Source: an uncultured Candidatus Saccharibacteria bacterium (GTDB lineage Bacteria > Patescibacteriota > Minisyncoccia > Phycocordibacterales > DSPV01). From it: a DNA stretch of 64,000 bases. The translations under genes and the position numbers were made by a program. This document shows, piece by piece, positions 9,933 to 19,155 of the stretch. Position 1 is the first letter of the stretch; each line of letters opens with the position of its first letter. The notes under the pieces were generated by a model. The model was not told the DNA's origin. It ran no database searches and worked only from the letters and a program-made list of their open reading frames with translations. The stretch lies in the NCBI GenBank assembly GCA_964617735.1, contig CAZTXT010000001.1, positions 138,338-202,337 on the forward strand. The letters run 5' to 3'.

Positions 9933-10865
9933 TTATTGTCCCCGTTTCAATTTCTCGAGGATCTCGCCGTAGGTCTTCGCATTGGTCGTGATGACTAACG
10001 TCGAGGGATCGACGAACGAATAGAGGAGTACGATATCTCCCAGTTCATTCTTGACCACGCGCGCGTCATGATTCTTTACCACCGCGTCTTGAAAGAGTTG
10101 CGCGCCAGGATCCGTGCCGAAATACGCGTCAGTGGTGGTGGGAAGTTTAGGCGGGTGTGCAGCATCGGTGAAGAAAGCTTCCCCCGCGTTGCGATAGAAA
10201 TCAACTTCACTCTTGAGCATTCCCGCGTACGCGCTCTGGTATGAGTCGGTCCGGACGATGAGGAAGGGTTGGTTTCCGTCAAAACCTAAAATGCCAAAGG
10301 CGAAGCTTTCATTGAGGGAGCGCAGGAAGGCGGATGAGACGTCGGGCGCGATCTTTGAGAGAAAGCCTTGCGTGTCGAGTGTAGTAGTATTACCCGCCGC
10401 ATCCGCTTCGGTGAAGACGAGCCCCTCGGTCGAATTGAGCCGCAGCGTTGACTGGTCGCGCTCTTGAATCAGGGCATCGAGGATTTTGTGGTGTGAGAGG
10501 CCGGTAAGGCTCAGGGTTTTTATGGTATCGATGGGGATGATGGATTGTCCTGCAACCGTCGCTGTGTTGCCGTTCTCCGGCGCGGGCCTAAGGTAGAGGT
10601 ATACGAGAAACACGGCGATGCCGGCGATCACGATGATGCCCGAGAGCGTCATCAACATCCGTCCGTCCCATCGCGATGGGACCGCTTCTTCGGGAACGAT
10701 GGGTTCAACCGGTTTCTGTTTCAGTTTTTCCTGCCCCTCGACGACCATCGTGGCGACGCTCGTGCGTTCATGCTTGAGCACGTCCGCGACGTCCGACTCG
10801 AAGGTCCGGAGTGCTTTGACGGGTGCTCCATTGGGAGTTTCTTTTTTTTGAGAATCTTCGGCCAT
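9933..10865 (-). CDS. Hypothetical single-pass membrane protein
   Basis: 311 codons; LRTFESDV motif; one TM helix; start at ATG 10865, 7 nt after TATGAT. Confidence 0.75.
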   Translation of the reverse strand: MAEDSQKKETPNGAPVKALRTFESDVADVLKHERTSVATMVVEGQEKLKQKPVEPIVPEEAVPSRWDGRMLMTLSGIIVIAGIAVFLVYLYLRPAPENGNTATVAGQSIIPIDTIKTLSLTGLSHHKILDALIQERDQSTLRLNSTEGLVFTEADAAGNTTTLDTQGFLSKIAPDVSSAFLRSLNESFAFGILGFDGNQPFLIVRTDSYQSAYAGMLKSEVDFYRNAGEAFFTDAAHPPKLPTTTDAYFGTDPGAQLFQDAVVKNHDARVVKNELGDIVLLYSFVDPSTLVITTNAKTYGEILEKLKRGQ

Positions 10866-10903
10866 GGCCTCTATCATAACGCAGAACCTGTCTTTGATAG
10901 AAG

Positions 10904-10935
10904 CCGGGCGTCATCAGGTACCTGATGACGCCCGG
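10904..10935. terminator. Perfect 32-bp palindrome downstream of pnp (probable terminator or stabilising hairpin)
   Basis: CCGGGCGTCATCAGGTACCTGATGACGCCCGG equals its own reverse complement. Confidence 0.7.
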
Positions 10936-10944
10936 GCGTAAGGA

Positions 10945-13137
10945 TTATCGATGTCTGAAACCGCCGCTACGGCCGTCCCGTCGATGCGGCGGACGGTGCG
11001 CTCTCTCGTGAGGCGCCCCGTCGCCTGCCCCCGCAGGCCGTTTGAAGAATTCAGAATTCGCGCTTTTTATCGAAAGATTGATGCGCCCTTTCTCATCTAT
11101 TTCACGCACCATCACGGGCACTCGGTCGCCTTCTTTCACAAGATCGGTGACTCGTTCCACTCTCCAGGGCGCCATTTCTGAAATATGCACGAGTCCTTCC
11201 GCGCTGTAGCCTATTTTGACGAAGGCGCCGAAGTCCATGAGCCGGGTAACTTCTCCCTCAAACCGCTCGCCGGGGAGATATTCGCGGGTCATATCGTGGA
11301 CGATATCGCGCGCCGCCTTTGCCGCCCCGTTCTTTCCCGTGATGAATACCGAGCCATCGTCTTCGATGTCGATCTGCGCGCCGGTCTTCTCCATGATGCC
11401 GTTGATGGTCTTACCACCGGTGCCGATGACCATGCCGATCTGATCCGGCTTGATCTTAAGCGAAAGTATTTCGGGGGCCGAAGGGTTCAATTGCGGACGG
11501 TGCGTCGGAATCTCTTTTTCGATGACGTCTAAGATCCGCAGACGCGCGCTTTTTGCTTTCTCGAATGCTTCGGCAAGAATTTTCAGTGTGATGCCCGCGA
11601 CTTTAACATCCATTTGTACCGCCGTGACACCCTCGCGCGTACCTGCGACTTTGAAGTCCATGTCGCCATGATGATCTTCGGGTCCCTGAATGTCCGTGAG
11701 CACTTTATATTTCTCCGGCGACTGCATCATTAATCCTGATGCGATGCCCGCGACTGCTCGCGTGATGGGAACGCCGGCATCAAGAAGTGCGAGCGTCGAG
11801 CCGCAGACCGAGCCCATTGAGGTCGAGCCGTTCGATGCGAACGCTTCCGAGACGATGCGGATCGTGTAGGGAAATTTTTCTTTGGTGGGGAGCACGGGCA
11901 CGAGCGCTTTTTCCGCAAGCGCGCCGTGGCCGATCATACGGCGGTTCATTCCGCCCATGCGACCGGTCTCGCCGGTCGAGAATGGCGGGAAGTTGTAGTG
12001 ATGCATGAATCCTTTTTTGCCCTGCACCTCCATGCCGTCCACGATCATCGAATCGCCCGGTCCACCCAGGGTGAGCACCGAAAGGATGTGCGTGCCGCCG
12101 CGGTAAAAGATTCCGGAGCCGTGCAGTACGGGCGAGACGCCGCCGGCTTGGACGAAGAGCGGCCTGATATCATCCATTCCACGTCCGTCGGGACGGCGGT
12201 TGTTCTCTATCGCTTCCGCGTGCACGAGGTCGTTCAATGCATCTTCGAAATAGGTCGCCGCGAATGACGGATCGATGTCCGGGTGCATTTCTCTGAACGT
12301 CTCCATCCACTCATGATGGATGGGGGTTATCGAGAATTTTCCGGGTTGTCCTGAAAAGACCGACTCCGCGAATTTTGGCGCGATCAGTTTTTTGAAGAGC
12401 GCGGGTACTTCGGGAGGAATCTCGGGAAAGGCCACTTCCTTTTTCGGCTTCCCCACTTCAGCGATGATGGTCTCCTGAAACTTCTGAAGTTTATCAATAA
12501 TAGAGAGTCCTTCCTCAAGCCCCGAGACCAACACATCCTCGCCGACTTCCTTGCTGCCGACCTCGATCATGTTGACGAGGCCGTCTTTGCCGCAAACCAA
12601 GAGGTCTAAATCGGCATCCTCGGCATTGCGATCGCTGTACGAGGGGTTGATGATGAAATTGTTGTCGTCTTTTTTCTTTCCAATGCGCACGGCTCCGACT
12701 GGCCCGTTCCAGGGAATCTCGGAGGTCGCTAACGCAAGCGATGCGGCTATTACCGCGAGCACGTCAGGGTCATCTTCGGCGATCGAGAGCACGGTGATGA
12801 CCACCTGCACCTCGTTGCGCATCCGGCCGTCGAAAAGTGGACGGATTGTGCGGTCTACGATACGGCCCGAGAGAATCGCTTCTTCGGTCGGTCGCCCCTC
12901 GCGCCGGATGAACCGAGAGCCTAAAATCTGCCCGGCAGCGTAAAAGCGCTCTTCATAGTCAACGGTGAGCGGAAACCAATCGCCATCGCGCGTCTGTTTC
13001 GACATTACGGCAGTCGCAAGAACGGTCGTGTTGCCATAGCGGACGATGCATGAACCGGTCGCCTGTTCGGCGAGGTCAGTAAATTGTGCGATCAGAGGTT
13101 TACCTCCAATCTCAATCGAAAACTCTTTTTTAGTCAT
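10945..13137 (-). CDS. pnp: Polyribonucleotide nucleotidyltransferase
   Basis: FPLTVDYEER, RIVDRTIRP, HHYNFPPFSTGE, SNGSTSMGS, GDMDFKVAG, KH and S1 domains. Confidence 0.98.
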   Translation of the reverse strand: MTKKEFSIEIGGKPLIAQFTDLAEQATGSCIVRYGNTTVLATAVMSKQTRDGDWFPLTVDYEERFYAAGQILGSRFIRREGRPTEEAILSGRIVDRTIRPLFDGRMRNEVQVVITVLSIAEDDPDVLAVIAASLALATSEIPWNGPVGAVRIGKKKDDNNFIINPSYSDRNAEDADLDLLVCGKDGLVNMIEVGSKEVGEDVLVSGLEEGLSIIDKLQKFQETIIAEVGKPKKEVAFPEIPPEVPALFKKLIAPKFAESVFSGQPGKFSITPIHHEWMETFREMHPDIDPSFAATYFEDALNDLVHAEAIENNRRPDGRGMDDIRPLFVQAGGVSPVLHGSGIFYRGGTHILSVLTLGGPGDSMIVDGMEVQGKKGFMHHYNFPPFSTGETGRMGGMNRRMIGHGALAEKALVPVLPTKEKFPYTIRIVSEAFASNGSTSMGSVCGSTLALLDAGVPITRAVAGIASGLMMQSPEKYKVLTDIQGPEDHHGDMDFKVAGTREGVTAVQMDVKVAGITLKILAEAFEKAKSARLRILDVIEKEIPTHRPQLNPSAPEILSLKIKPDQIGMVIGTGGKTINGIMEKTGAQIDIEDDGSVFITGKNGAAKAARDIVHDMTREYLPGERFEGEVTRLMDFGAFVKIGYSAEGLVHISEMAPWRVERVTDLVKEGDRVPVMVREIDEKGRINLSIKSANSEFFKRPAGAGDGAPHERAHRPPHRRDGRSGGFRHR

Positions 13138-13147
13138 AGGATCTTGT

Positions 13148-13204
13148 GGATCCGTAGATTTTAGGTTTCAAAGTCGCCTTTGAAAACTACCTATCTAAGG
13201 ACCC
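13148..13204 (-). promoter_or_regulatory. Long interrupted stem-loop in the pnp 5' leader
   Basis: Nested complementary arms GGATCC/GGACCC, TAGAT/ATCTA, AGG/CCT, TTTCAAAG/CTTTGAAA just upstream of the pnp start. Confidence 0.6.
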
Positions 13205-13306
13205 GCTAATTGATATGCAAAGATGTTAGCATGAAACCCGAAAGTTGACAAATCCTGATATTGATGCAATATACTGTTCAGTTGAACTTCAAAAGAAAGG
13301 AAACTT

Positions 13307-13669
13307 ATGAGTTTTGCTGTTGTGAAAGTCTACGGTACACCTGAGTTCCACAAGAAAAATGTCCGCGTTTTCCTGCAGACACCCATAGATCAATGCATAA
13401 GAAATGTTATGTCGGGATATGTGGAGTCCATGGACGATGCCCAGGGTATCGTTGTGTTATTCATTCCGTCAGTTCAGGTAAATGGAGAGACACGCGAGGT
13501 GCTAATTGAAGCTCATCTTTCTTCCGTAAGACTCTACGAAGATTATGAACATCCGATACGGATGGAACTTTCTAAGTCTATAGCTTCATTGCTCAAGCCA
13601 CACGGGAATTTTGTGGTAACAACTCTAACCTCCCGGATAACAGGCTCTTCCTGTTCTTCAACTCAGTAG
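13307..13669 (+). CDS. Hypothetical protein (stand-alone cassette)
   Basis: TTGACA (13245) and TATACT (13270) promoter; AGAAAGGA SD; downstream hairpin terminator. Confidence 0.7.
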   Translation: MSFAVVKVYGTPEFHKKNVRVFLQTPIDQCIRNVMSGYVESMDDAQGIVVLFIPSVQVNGETREVLIEAHLSSVRLYEDYEHPIRMELSKSIASLLKPHGNFVVTTLTSRITGSSCSSTQ

Positions 13670-13677
13670 CAATTTCT

Positions 13678-13705
13678 AAAACGGCACCGATTACTCGGTG
13701 CCGTT
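13678..13705. terminator. Bidirectional intrinsic terminator
   Basis: AAACGGCACCGA-loop-TCGGTGCCGTTT between convergent genes. Confidence 0.8.
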
Positions 13706-13711
13706 TTCTTT

Positions 13712-14230
13712 TTACCTGCGTCCGACTCCCAAGAGATATTTACGCGGATTCTCGTCGAGGTCTTGGAAATGATCGGCGGCTTCGATGAGTTTCGCCGAGG
13801 TTGATTTGCCGAATGATACAACTTCCACCTGACAGCCCTGATTCTCCTGAAGGTATTTAACCAAAGGCACGAAATCTCCGTCGCCCGAAATGACGACGAC
13901 GGCGTCGAGTTTAGGTGCGAGCTTTATCGCATCCACCGCGAGCCCGACGTCCCAGTCGGCTTTTTTAGCGCCGCCCGCAAAGACTTGCAGGTCTTTCGTT
14001 TTAGTCTCGATCCCCACTTTCTCCAGTGCCTCGAAAAACCCTTTTTCTTCTCCGCTTTCTGTCGAAATGACATAGGCGACGGCGCGTATGAGATTGCGTC
14101 CCTCAAGCGCGTCTTTGACGACTTGACCAAAGTTAACGCGCGCATGATAGAGGTTTTTTGCGCTGTGGTAGAGATTTTGCGTGTCGATAAAAATGCCCAC
14201 CCGCTGTTCTTTATGTTTGATTACGCTCAT
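13712..14230 (-). CDS. NYN domain protein (LabA/DUF88 PIN-like)
   Basis: IFIDTQNLY, KADWDVGLAVD, SGDGDF motifs. Confidence 0.92.
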   Translation of the reverse strand: MSVIKHKEQRVGIFIDTQNLYHSAKNLYHARVNFGQVVKDALEGRNLIRAVAYVISTESGEEKGFFEALEKVGIETKTKDLQVFAGGAKKADWDVGLAVDAIKLAPKLDAVVVISGDGDFVPLVKYLQENQGCQVEVVSFGKSTSAKLIEAADHFQDLDENPRKYLLGVGRR

Positions 14231-14329
14231 GAAAATAAATTTACTTGCTTAATAATACCGTGTTTCTTTAGCAAAACAAAGCTCGCTTTTTAGGAAGCTC
14301 AATCGAGGATCAAATAAGGAGAATGTCTA

Positions 14330-14599
14330 TTACTTCTTCTTCAGTTCAAGTTTGCGGACGATCGTGCCATAGCGGCGCGGATTTTTCTTTTGCAGATACT
14401 GCAAGTGCTTCTGGCGGTTTGCCACCATCGCGAGCAATCCCCTACGAGAGTGCTTGTCCTTGTTGTGTTTCTTAAGGTGAGCCGCGAGCTCTTCGATGCG
14501 TTTTGTCAAAAGAGAAACCTGCACCTCGGGAGAGCCCGTATCCTTATCATGAATGCCGGATTCTTTGATGATTCGCTGTTTCTTGGTCTTTGAAATCAT
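14330..14599 (-). CDS. rpsO: 30S ribosomal protein S15
   Basis: DTGSPEVQV, HLKKHNKDKHSRRGL. Confidence 0.98.
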   Translation of the reverse strand: MISKTKKQRIIKESGIHDKDTGSPEVQVSLLTKRIEELAAHLKKHNKDKHSRRGLLAMVANRQKHLQYLQKKNPRRYGTIVRKLELKKK

Positions 14600-14752
14600 G
14601 GTGCATACAGAATAGCACGAAAGCCTGTATTATGCAAGACCTTTTTCAGCATTTTTAGGCAACCCATGTACAGTGGGTGCAGGATACTTTTTGCGATTTG
14701 CTGGTTGCGGTGTCCCTATGCCTGTCGTGTCGCACAATGTTACCATAGCGCT

Positions 14753-15685
14753 ATGGCAAGCGATATCGAGAAGCTCAAACGCCAATTTCTCGAGTATATC
14801 GAGATAGAAAAAGGCCGCGCGTTAAAGACTGTCGAGAATTACGACCGGTATCTCTCTCGTTTCATCGAGTATTCAAAGATAAAAAAGCCTAGCGGTATCA
14901 CTGAAGCTTCAGTGCGCGATTTTCGTCTCTGGCTTAATCGCCAACCCACTCACAACAAGTGGGTCAAGGGCGAAACCTTGAAGAAAAAGACCCAGAATTA
15001 TTATCTGATCGCGCTGCGCGCGTTTCTGAAATTCCTTTCCAAGCGCGGCATCAGCGCGATATCTCCAGAACATATCGAACTTGCGAAAGCTGGTGAGCGC
15101 TCACTTGACTTGATAACAGCCGAAGAACTTGCACGGCTCCTGAACGCTCCGAAGGATGCCGATCTCAAATCACTTCGGGACAAGGCCATTCTCGAGCTTC
15201 TCTTCTCGACCGGCCTGCGCGTATCGGAGCTTTGTTCCCTCACCCGTGACCTCGACCTTTCTGCCGATGAATTCTCGGTACGAGGCAAGGGAGAGAAAGT
15301 GCGAGTGGTATTCCTTTCGTCTCAGGCGAAAGCTGCGCTCAAGCGCTACCTCGCGGCGCGGACCGACGTCGATGATGCACTGTTCGTGAAAGTGAGTTGG
15401 GAGAGGAAGGGTAGAACCAAGGATTTTGCTCTGACCCCTCGCTCTGTAGAGCGTATTGTAAAATATCATGCTAATAAGGCGGGCATCTCGAAAAAAGTCA
15501 CCCCGCATGTCATACGCCATTGTTTCGCGACCGATCTTCTCTCCAACGGCGCGGACCTGCGGTCGGTCCAGGCACTTTTAGGCCATGCCAATATCGGTAC
15601 CACGCAGATCTATACCCACGTAACGGATAAGCATTTACACGAGGTCCACAAAGCCTTTCACGGTCGTGTCAGGAAAAAGGCTTGA
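14753..15685 (+). CDS. xerC: XerC/XerD-like tyrosine recombinase
   Basis: RDKAILELLFSTGLRVSEL, VRGKGEKVR, TPHVIRHCFAT, LLGHANIGTTQIYTH (catalytic R-K-H-R-H-Y). Start at ATG 14753. Confidence 0.9.
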   Translation: MASDIEKLKRQFLEYIEIEKGRALKTVENYDRYLSRFIEYSKIKKPSGITEASVRDFRLWLNRQPTHNKWVKGETLKKKTQNYYLIALRAFLKFLSKRGISAISPEHIELAKAGERSLDLITAEELARLLNAPKDADLKSLRDKAILELLFSTGLRVSELCSLTRDLDLSADEFSVRGKGEKVRVVFLSSQAKAALKRYLAARTDVDDALFVKVSWERKGRTKDFALTPRSVERIVKYHANKAGISKKVTPHVIRHCFATDLLSNGADLRSVQALLGHANIGTTQIYTHVTDKHLHEVHKAFHGRVRKKA

Positions 15686-15766
15686 CATATTCCGTATCTG
15701 TACTATAATACTTGTAGGTTTCTCTTAAGACCCGGAACCATCCGGGCGCAACCGTTAGTGTGATCT

Positions 15767-16102
15767 ATGAAAACTAAAACCAGTTCATTGCCGACAATCC
15801 GTATGATGTGGATTGTTCCGAACCCGAACTCACAACTCCCACGGACTGTTACTGAAGCTTCTCTCGAGGAGCTTCATCGTTCATTAGGAGTATTCAAGGC
15901 TTCTCTCTGGATAAGTGGGAAGGCTTCGGGAGGAAAATTCTCCTCCCGGAAATTCCTACCGTATCCTGGCTGCGGTGTTGAAGCCTACAGGGTTTGCTTC
16001 GCTGCAGCGGTGCATGAGAGGGATATCCTCAACATCGTCGAGAAGCACGGTTTTACAAAGTATGTAGAACCTTCCGTTCCTCCACTCCCGGTCGCCGCCT
16101 GA
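15767..16102 (+). CDS. Hypothetical protein (stand-alone cassette)
   Basis: TTGACA-16-TATAAT promoter overlapping the xer stop codon; strong terminator downstream. Confidence 0.6.
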   Translation: MKTKTSSLPTIRMMWIVPNPNSQLPRTVTEASLEELHRSLGVFKASLWISGKASGGKFSSRKFLPYPGCGVEAYRVCFAAAVHERDILNIVEKHGFTKYVEPSVPPLPVAA

Positions 16103-16116
16103 AATACGCGCGAAAA

Positions 16117-16155
16117 AGCCCAGTCCGTCAAAGACGGACTGGGCTGATTTTTTTT
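16117..16155 (+). terminator. Intrinsic terminator
   Basis: AGCCCAGTCCGTC-AAA-GACGGACTGGGCT followed by a T-run. Confidence 0.85.
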
Positions 16156-16193
16156 ATTAAAATCTTTCCGCGTAGTTTGCTATGATAGTGAGC

Positions 16194-16967
16194 ATGAAAC
16201 TTGTCTCATGGAATGTGAATGGAATACGCGCATGCCATCGGAAGGGCTGTTTTAATTGGTTTTTTGAATATCAACCGGATATTTTCTGTCTTCAGGAGAT
16301 CAAATCAGGTATCGATCAGGTGCCAGAAGAGTTGAAAGCTCCTCAAGGATATTTTTCCTACTTTGATAGTCCTAAGGAGAAAAAAGGATATAGCGGTGTC
16401 GCAGTATATTCAAAGACTGAACCTGAAAAGGTTCAATACGGCATCGGTATAAAGGAATTTGACCAAGAAGGTCGTTGCATAGCTTTGAAATTCAAAGATT
16501 TCTGGCTCTACAACGTTTACTTCCCTAACGGCGGCCAGGGACCTCACCGTCTCAAATTCAAGCTAGGATTTTACGACGCATTTCTCAAGCACATCGAGCG
16601 TTTACGCAAAAAAGGTGAAGCAGTGATCTTTTGCGGTGACATCAACACTGCGCATCAAGAAATTGATCTAGCACGGCCGAAAGAAAACGAAAAGAACACC
16701 GGTTTTCTTCCGATCGAACGAGCATGGCTCGATAAAGTCGAGAAGCTTGACTACATTGACACTTTCCGATATTTCTTTCCTGACAAGAAAGGAGTGTATA
16801 CCTATTGGGACCAGAAGACCTTCGCGAGAGAGAGAAATGTAGGATGGCGCCTCGATTATTTCTTTATCACTCCTGATTTACAGGCGCAGCTTAAATCAGC
16901 TCACATTTTTGAAGTGGTTCTCGGTTCAGACCATTGTCCGATAGGGATTGAACTTAGGGATCTATAA
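16194..16967 (+). CDS. xth: Exodeoxyribonuclease III
   Basis: SWNVNGIRA, LQEIK, GYSGVA, YFPNG, GDINTAH, GWRLDY, SDHCP. Confidence 0.97.
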   Translation: MKLVSWNVNGIRACHRKGCFNWFFEYQPDIFCLQEIKSGIDQVPEELKAPQGYFSYFDSPKEKKGYSGVAVYSKTEPEKVQYGIGIKEFDQEGRCIALKFKDFWLYNVYFPNGGQGPHRLKFKLGFYDAFLKHIERLRKKGEAVIFCGDINTAHQEIDLARPKENEKNTGFLPIERAWLDKVEKLDYIDTFRYFFPDKKGVYTYWDQKTFARERNVGWRLDYFFITPDLQAQLKSAHIFEVVLGSDHCPIGIELRDL

Positions 16968-16974
16968 AGGACAT

Positions 16975-16983
16975 TTATCCACA
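16975..16983 (+). promoter_or_regulatory. DnaA box
   Basis: Perfect TTATCCACA, flanked by copies of the 9-mer. Confidence 0.6.
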
Positions 16984-17212
16984 GAATGTCCTTTACATGT
17001 CCTTTATGAGTCTTATAATGCTAGTCAGGAGTTGACGCAATTCGCTCTCGAAATGCATAAATACTCAAACTGTTCTTTTACAAGAGAGAAGTCACTATCT
17101 CTTTTGCGAAAGATTTGTTCAGAAAGGTGAATACTTTGGGTGTACATATCTCACCCATTCATTTCGGGTATGTGCCCGAGTTTCACATGAAATTTCTGAA
17201 CGGTTCTTTCAT

Positions 17213-17257
17213 ACCGCTCAGAAAGATTTTCCCACTCCTCTTCTGAGCGGTTTTTTT
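17213..17257. terminator. Hairpin terminator between xth and cca
   Basis: ACCGCTCAGAA...TTCTGAGCGGT followed by a T-run. Confidence 0.6.
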
Positions 17258-18755
17258 ATTTCACCCAGTATCGATCTCGTATTTTCTTTAGGTTTTTCTC
17301 TTCGGCAGCTTCTTTTTTTGCTTTACCGATGTTGCCGAGATTTTCTAATTTTTTATCGCTCAAAGATGCTAATTCTTTAACCCGGCTTTCAAGCTTCTCG
17401 GCTGTATTGAGCGCCGGATTTTCCATTACATCTTCCAACAAGACGTGCAAAATATGGCCCACCTTAGGTCCCGGTTCGATTTTTGCGATTTCCATTACCT
17501 TCGCCCCGTTGATTTTAAGCATACTTACCGTTATCGGATCATGCATCACCTCTTCCACCATAGACTTGTATTTTCGTAGTCTATACGGATGCTCTTTAGG
17601 CCTTCCTGTTCCAATTCTGTCACAGACGCGCACGTTCATAAGGTCCCATATATTTTCCTTTCCAACGTTCCTCAAAAGTCTGCGGACCGAAGAGAGGGTT
17701 ATCTGATCGGTGTCCGAGAAAAACATATGCCATCGAACCAATGTAACGACTTTTTCAATGGTTTTCACGGGAAACATAAGCTTCGAGAGGATTTTGGCCG
17801 TCATTTTGCTTCCCATGACGTCATGGCCGTGGAAAGTCCAATCTTTTTTTTCCTCTGACCATTTTCGAGCTGGTACTTTCCCTATATCGTGGAAAAGGGC
17901 AGCTAGCCTTACTTCGAGTGACCAGCCATTTTTCGCGGCATGTTGAAGGGTACGAAGTAAATGTTCCCAAACGTCATATGCGTGAGCTTTATTCTGTTTT
18001 ATACCGATAGTTTCAGTAAGTTCAGGGAGAAATATTGTAAGTAAGCCATATTCTTTCAGAAGGATGATTCCATTCATTGGTTGATCGGACATAAGAATCC
18101 GGGCGAATTCGTCCCGTACTCTTTCACGTGAAACTCCTGAAAGATGTTTTGCATTCCTCTTTATTGCTTCTGATGTCTCTTTTTCTATTGAGAAATCAAG
18201 TTCTGTGGAAAGTCTTATTGCTCTCATTATCCTCAAAGCGTCTTCCTTAAATCGCTCATCTGGGTCGCCAACAGCTCGGATAATGCGCATCCGGATGTCG
18301 TCCTGTCCTTTATAAAGGTCAACTATGTGTCCTTTATACCTAGAATGTCCTTTATGCTCGGCGAGCTTTACTGCTATGGCATTTATGGTGAAATCCCTTC
18401 GCTTAAGATCGTCTTCAATGTTGTTGCTGAACGATACCGAGTCGGGGTGTCGCTGATTTGAATATTTTGATTCAAGCCGATATGGGGTTACCTCAACTGT
18501 TTTAGTTGTCTCATCTTCGCTCTCTTCATTGACTACGCCGACTGTTCCATACTCATTTTCATAGAAGGTTTTTGGGAAAATAGATAGTATCTTCTCTGGC
18601 GTTGCGCTTGTCGTTATGTCCCAATCCTTCGGTTTTTTACCGATAAGCATATCCCGGGTGCACCCGCCGATGAGATAGGCCTCAAAACCCTGTTCTTCAA
18701 GGGTTTTAGCGATCTTCGCGACCGCCTCGGGTATGGTGAATAGCTTCTCTTTCAT
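17256..18755 (-). CDS. cca: Class II CCA tRNA nucleotidyltransferase with HD domain
   Basis: GGCTRD, KDWDIT, EDDLKRRDFTINA, EDALRIMRAIR, VSRER, LFHDIGK. Confidence 0.93.
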   Translation of the reverse strand: MKEKLFTIPEAVAKIAKTLEEQGFEAYLIGGCTRDMLIGKKPKDWDITTSATPEKILSIFPKTFYENEYGTVGVVNEESEDETTKTVEVTPYRLESKYSNQRHPDSVSFSNNIEDDLKRRDFTINAIAVKLAEHKGHSRYKGHIVDLYKGQDDIRMRIIRAVGDPDERFKEDALRIMRAIRLSTELDFSIEKETSEAIKRNAKHLSGVSRERVRDEFARILMSDQPMNGIILLKEYGLLTIFLPELTETIGIKQNKAHAYDVWEHLLRTLQHAAKNGWSLEVRLAALFHDIGKVPARKWSEEKKDWTFHGHDVMGSKMTAKILSKLMFPVKTIEKVVTLVRWHMFFSDTDQITLSSVRRLLRNVGKENIWDLMNVRVCDRIGTGRPKEHPYRLRKYKSMVEEVMHDPITVSMLKINGAKVMEIAKIEPGPKVGHILHVLLEDVMENPALNTAEKLESRVKELASLSDKKLENLGNIGKAKKEAAEEKNLKKIRDRYWVK

Positions 18756-18822
18756 AGTCCCAGTTGGCAAAATTTTAGTATATCTTTGGCAATTTAGCTA
18801 ATTTTAGCTATGATTTTTTGAT

Positions 18823-18897
18823 GCTCCCGTGGTGAAATGGATATCACAACAGTCTTCGGAACTGTTGTTCCAGGTTCGAGTCCTGGCGGGAGCACCA
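18823..18897 (+). tRNA. tRNA-Arg(TCG), CCA encoded
   Basis: Acceptor GCTCCCG/CGGGAGC; anticodon arm ACAGT-CT TCG GA-ACTGT; T-arm CCAGG-TTCGAGT-CCTGG. Confidence 0.95.
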
Positions 18898-18994
18898 GAT
18901 TGGACTTTGCGATGCTCAAAGTAAAGAGAGGATTTCTTTCCTTTGTTTTGCAAAGTTATGTTTTGTCCCTATAATTACAGGGCGATTCGTGAGA

Positions 18995-19065
18995 GCGGGT
19001 ATCGTTTAGTGGTAGGACGGTTCCTTGCCAAGGAACAGGTGGGAGTTCGATTCTCCCTACCCGCA
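18995..19065 (+). tRNA. tRNA-Gly(GCC), CCA not encoded
   Basis: Acceptor GCGGGTA/TACCCGC; GTTCC-TT GCC AA-GGAAC; TTCGATT loop. Confidence 0.95.
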
Positions 19066-19126
19066 TAGGTGTCCTTTAGCTTCAAGAGATCGTTTTGTGC
19101 TTATTTTTAGGGATACATTGAGATCA

Positions 19127-19155
19127 TGTGGATAAGTTTGTGGATATGTGTATAA
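19127..19155 (-). promoter_or_regulatory. Tandem DnaA boxes
   Basis: TGTGGATAA (19127, perfect), TGTGGATAT (19139) and TGTGTATAA (19147), all in the same orientation. Confidence 0.6.

Noticed and set aside
14753-15685. Tyrosine recombinase as the integrase of a mobile element ending at the tRNAs
   Set aside because: It looks like a housekeeping Xer, and the intervening genes (xth, cca, yraN) are core genes with no phage or conjugation functions.
16948-17130. 60-aa ORF overlapping the xth end
   Set aside because: It runs through the repeat/DnaA-box cluster and is most likely spurious.
18335-18362. dif-like pattern CCTAGAA-N6-TTATG inside cca, about 2.6 kb from the xer gene
   Set aside because: Only the inner bases resemble Firmicute dif and the outer XerD arm does not match. 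The overlap is explained by the 9-mer repeat, and nearby parS/DnaA boxes favour an origin. GC skew would decide.
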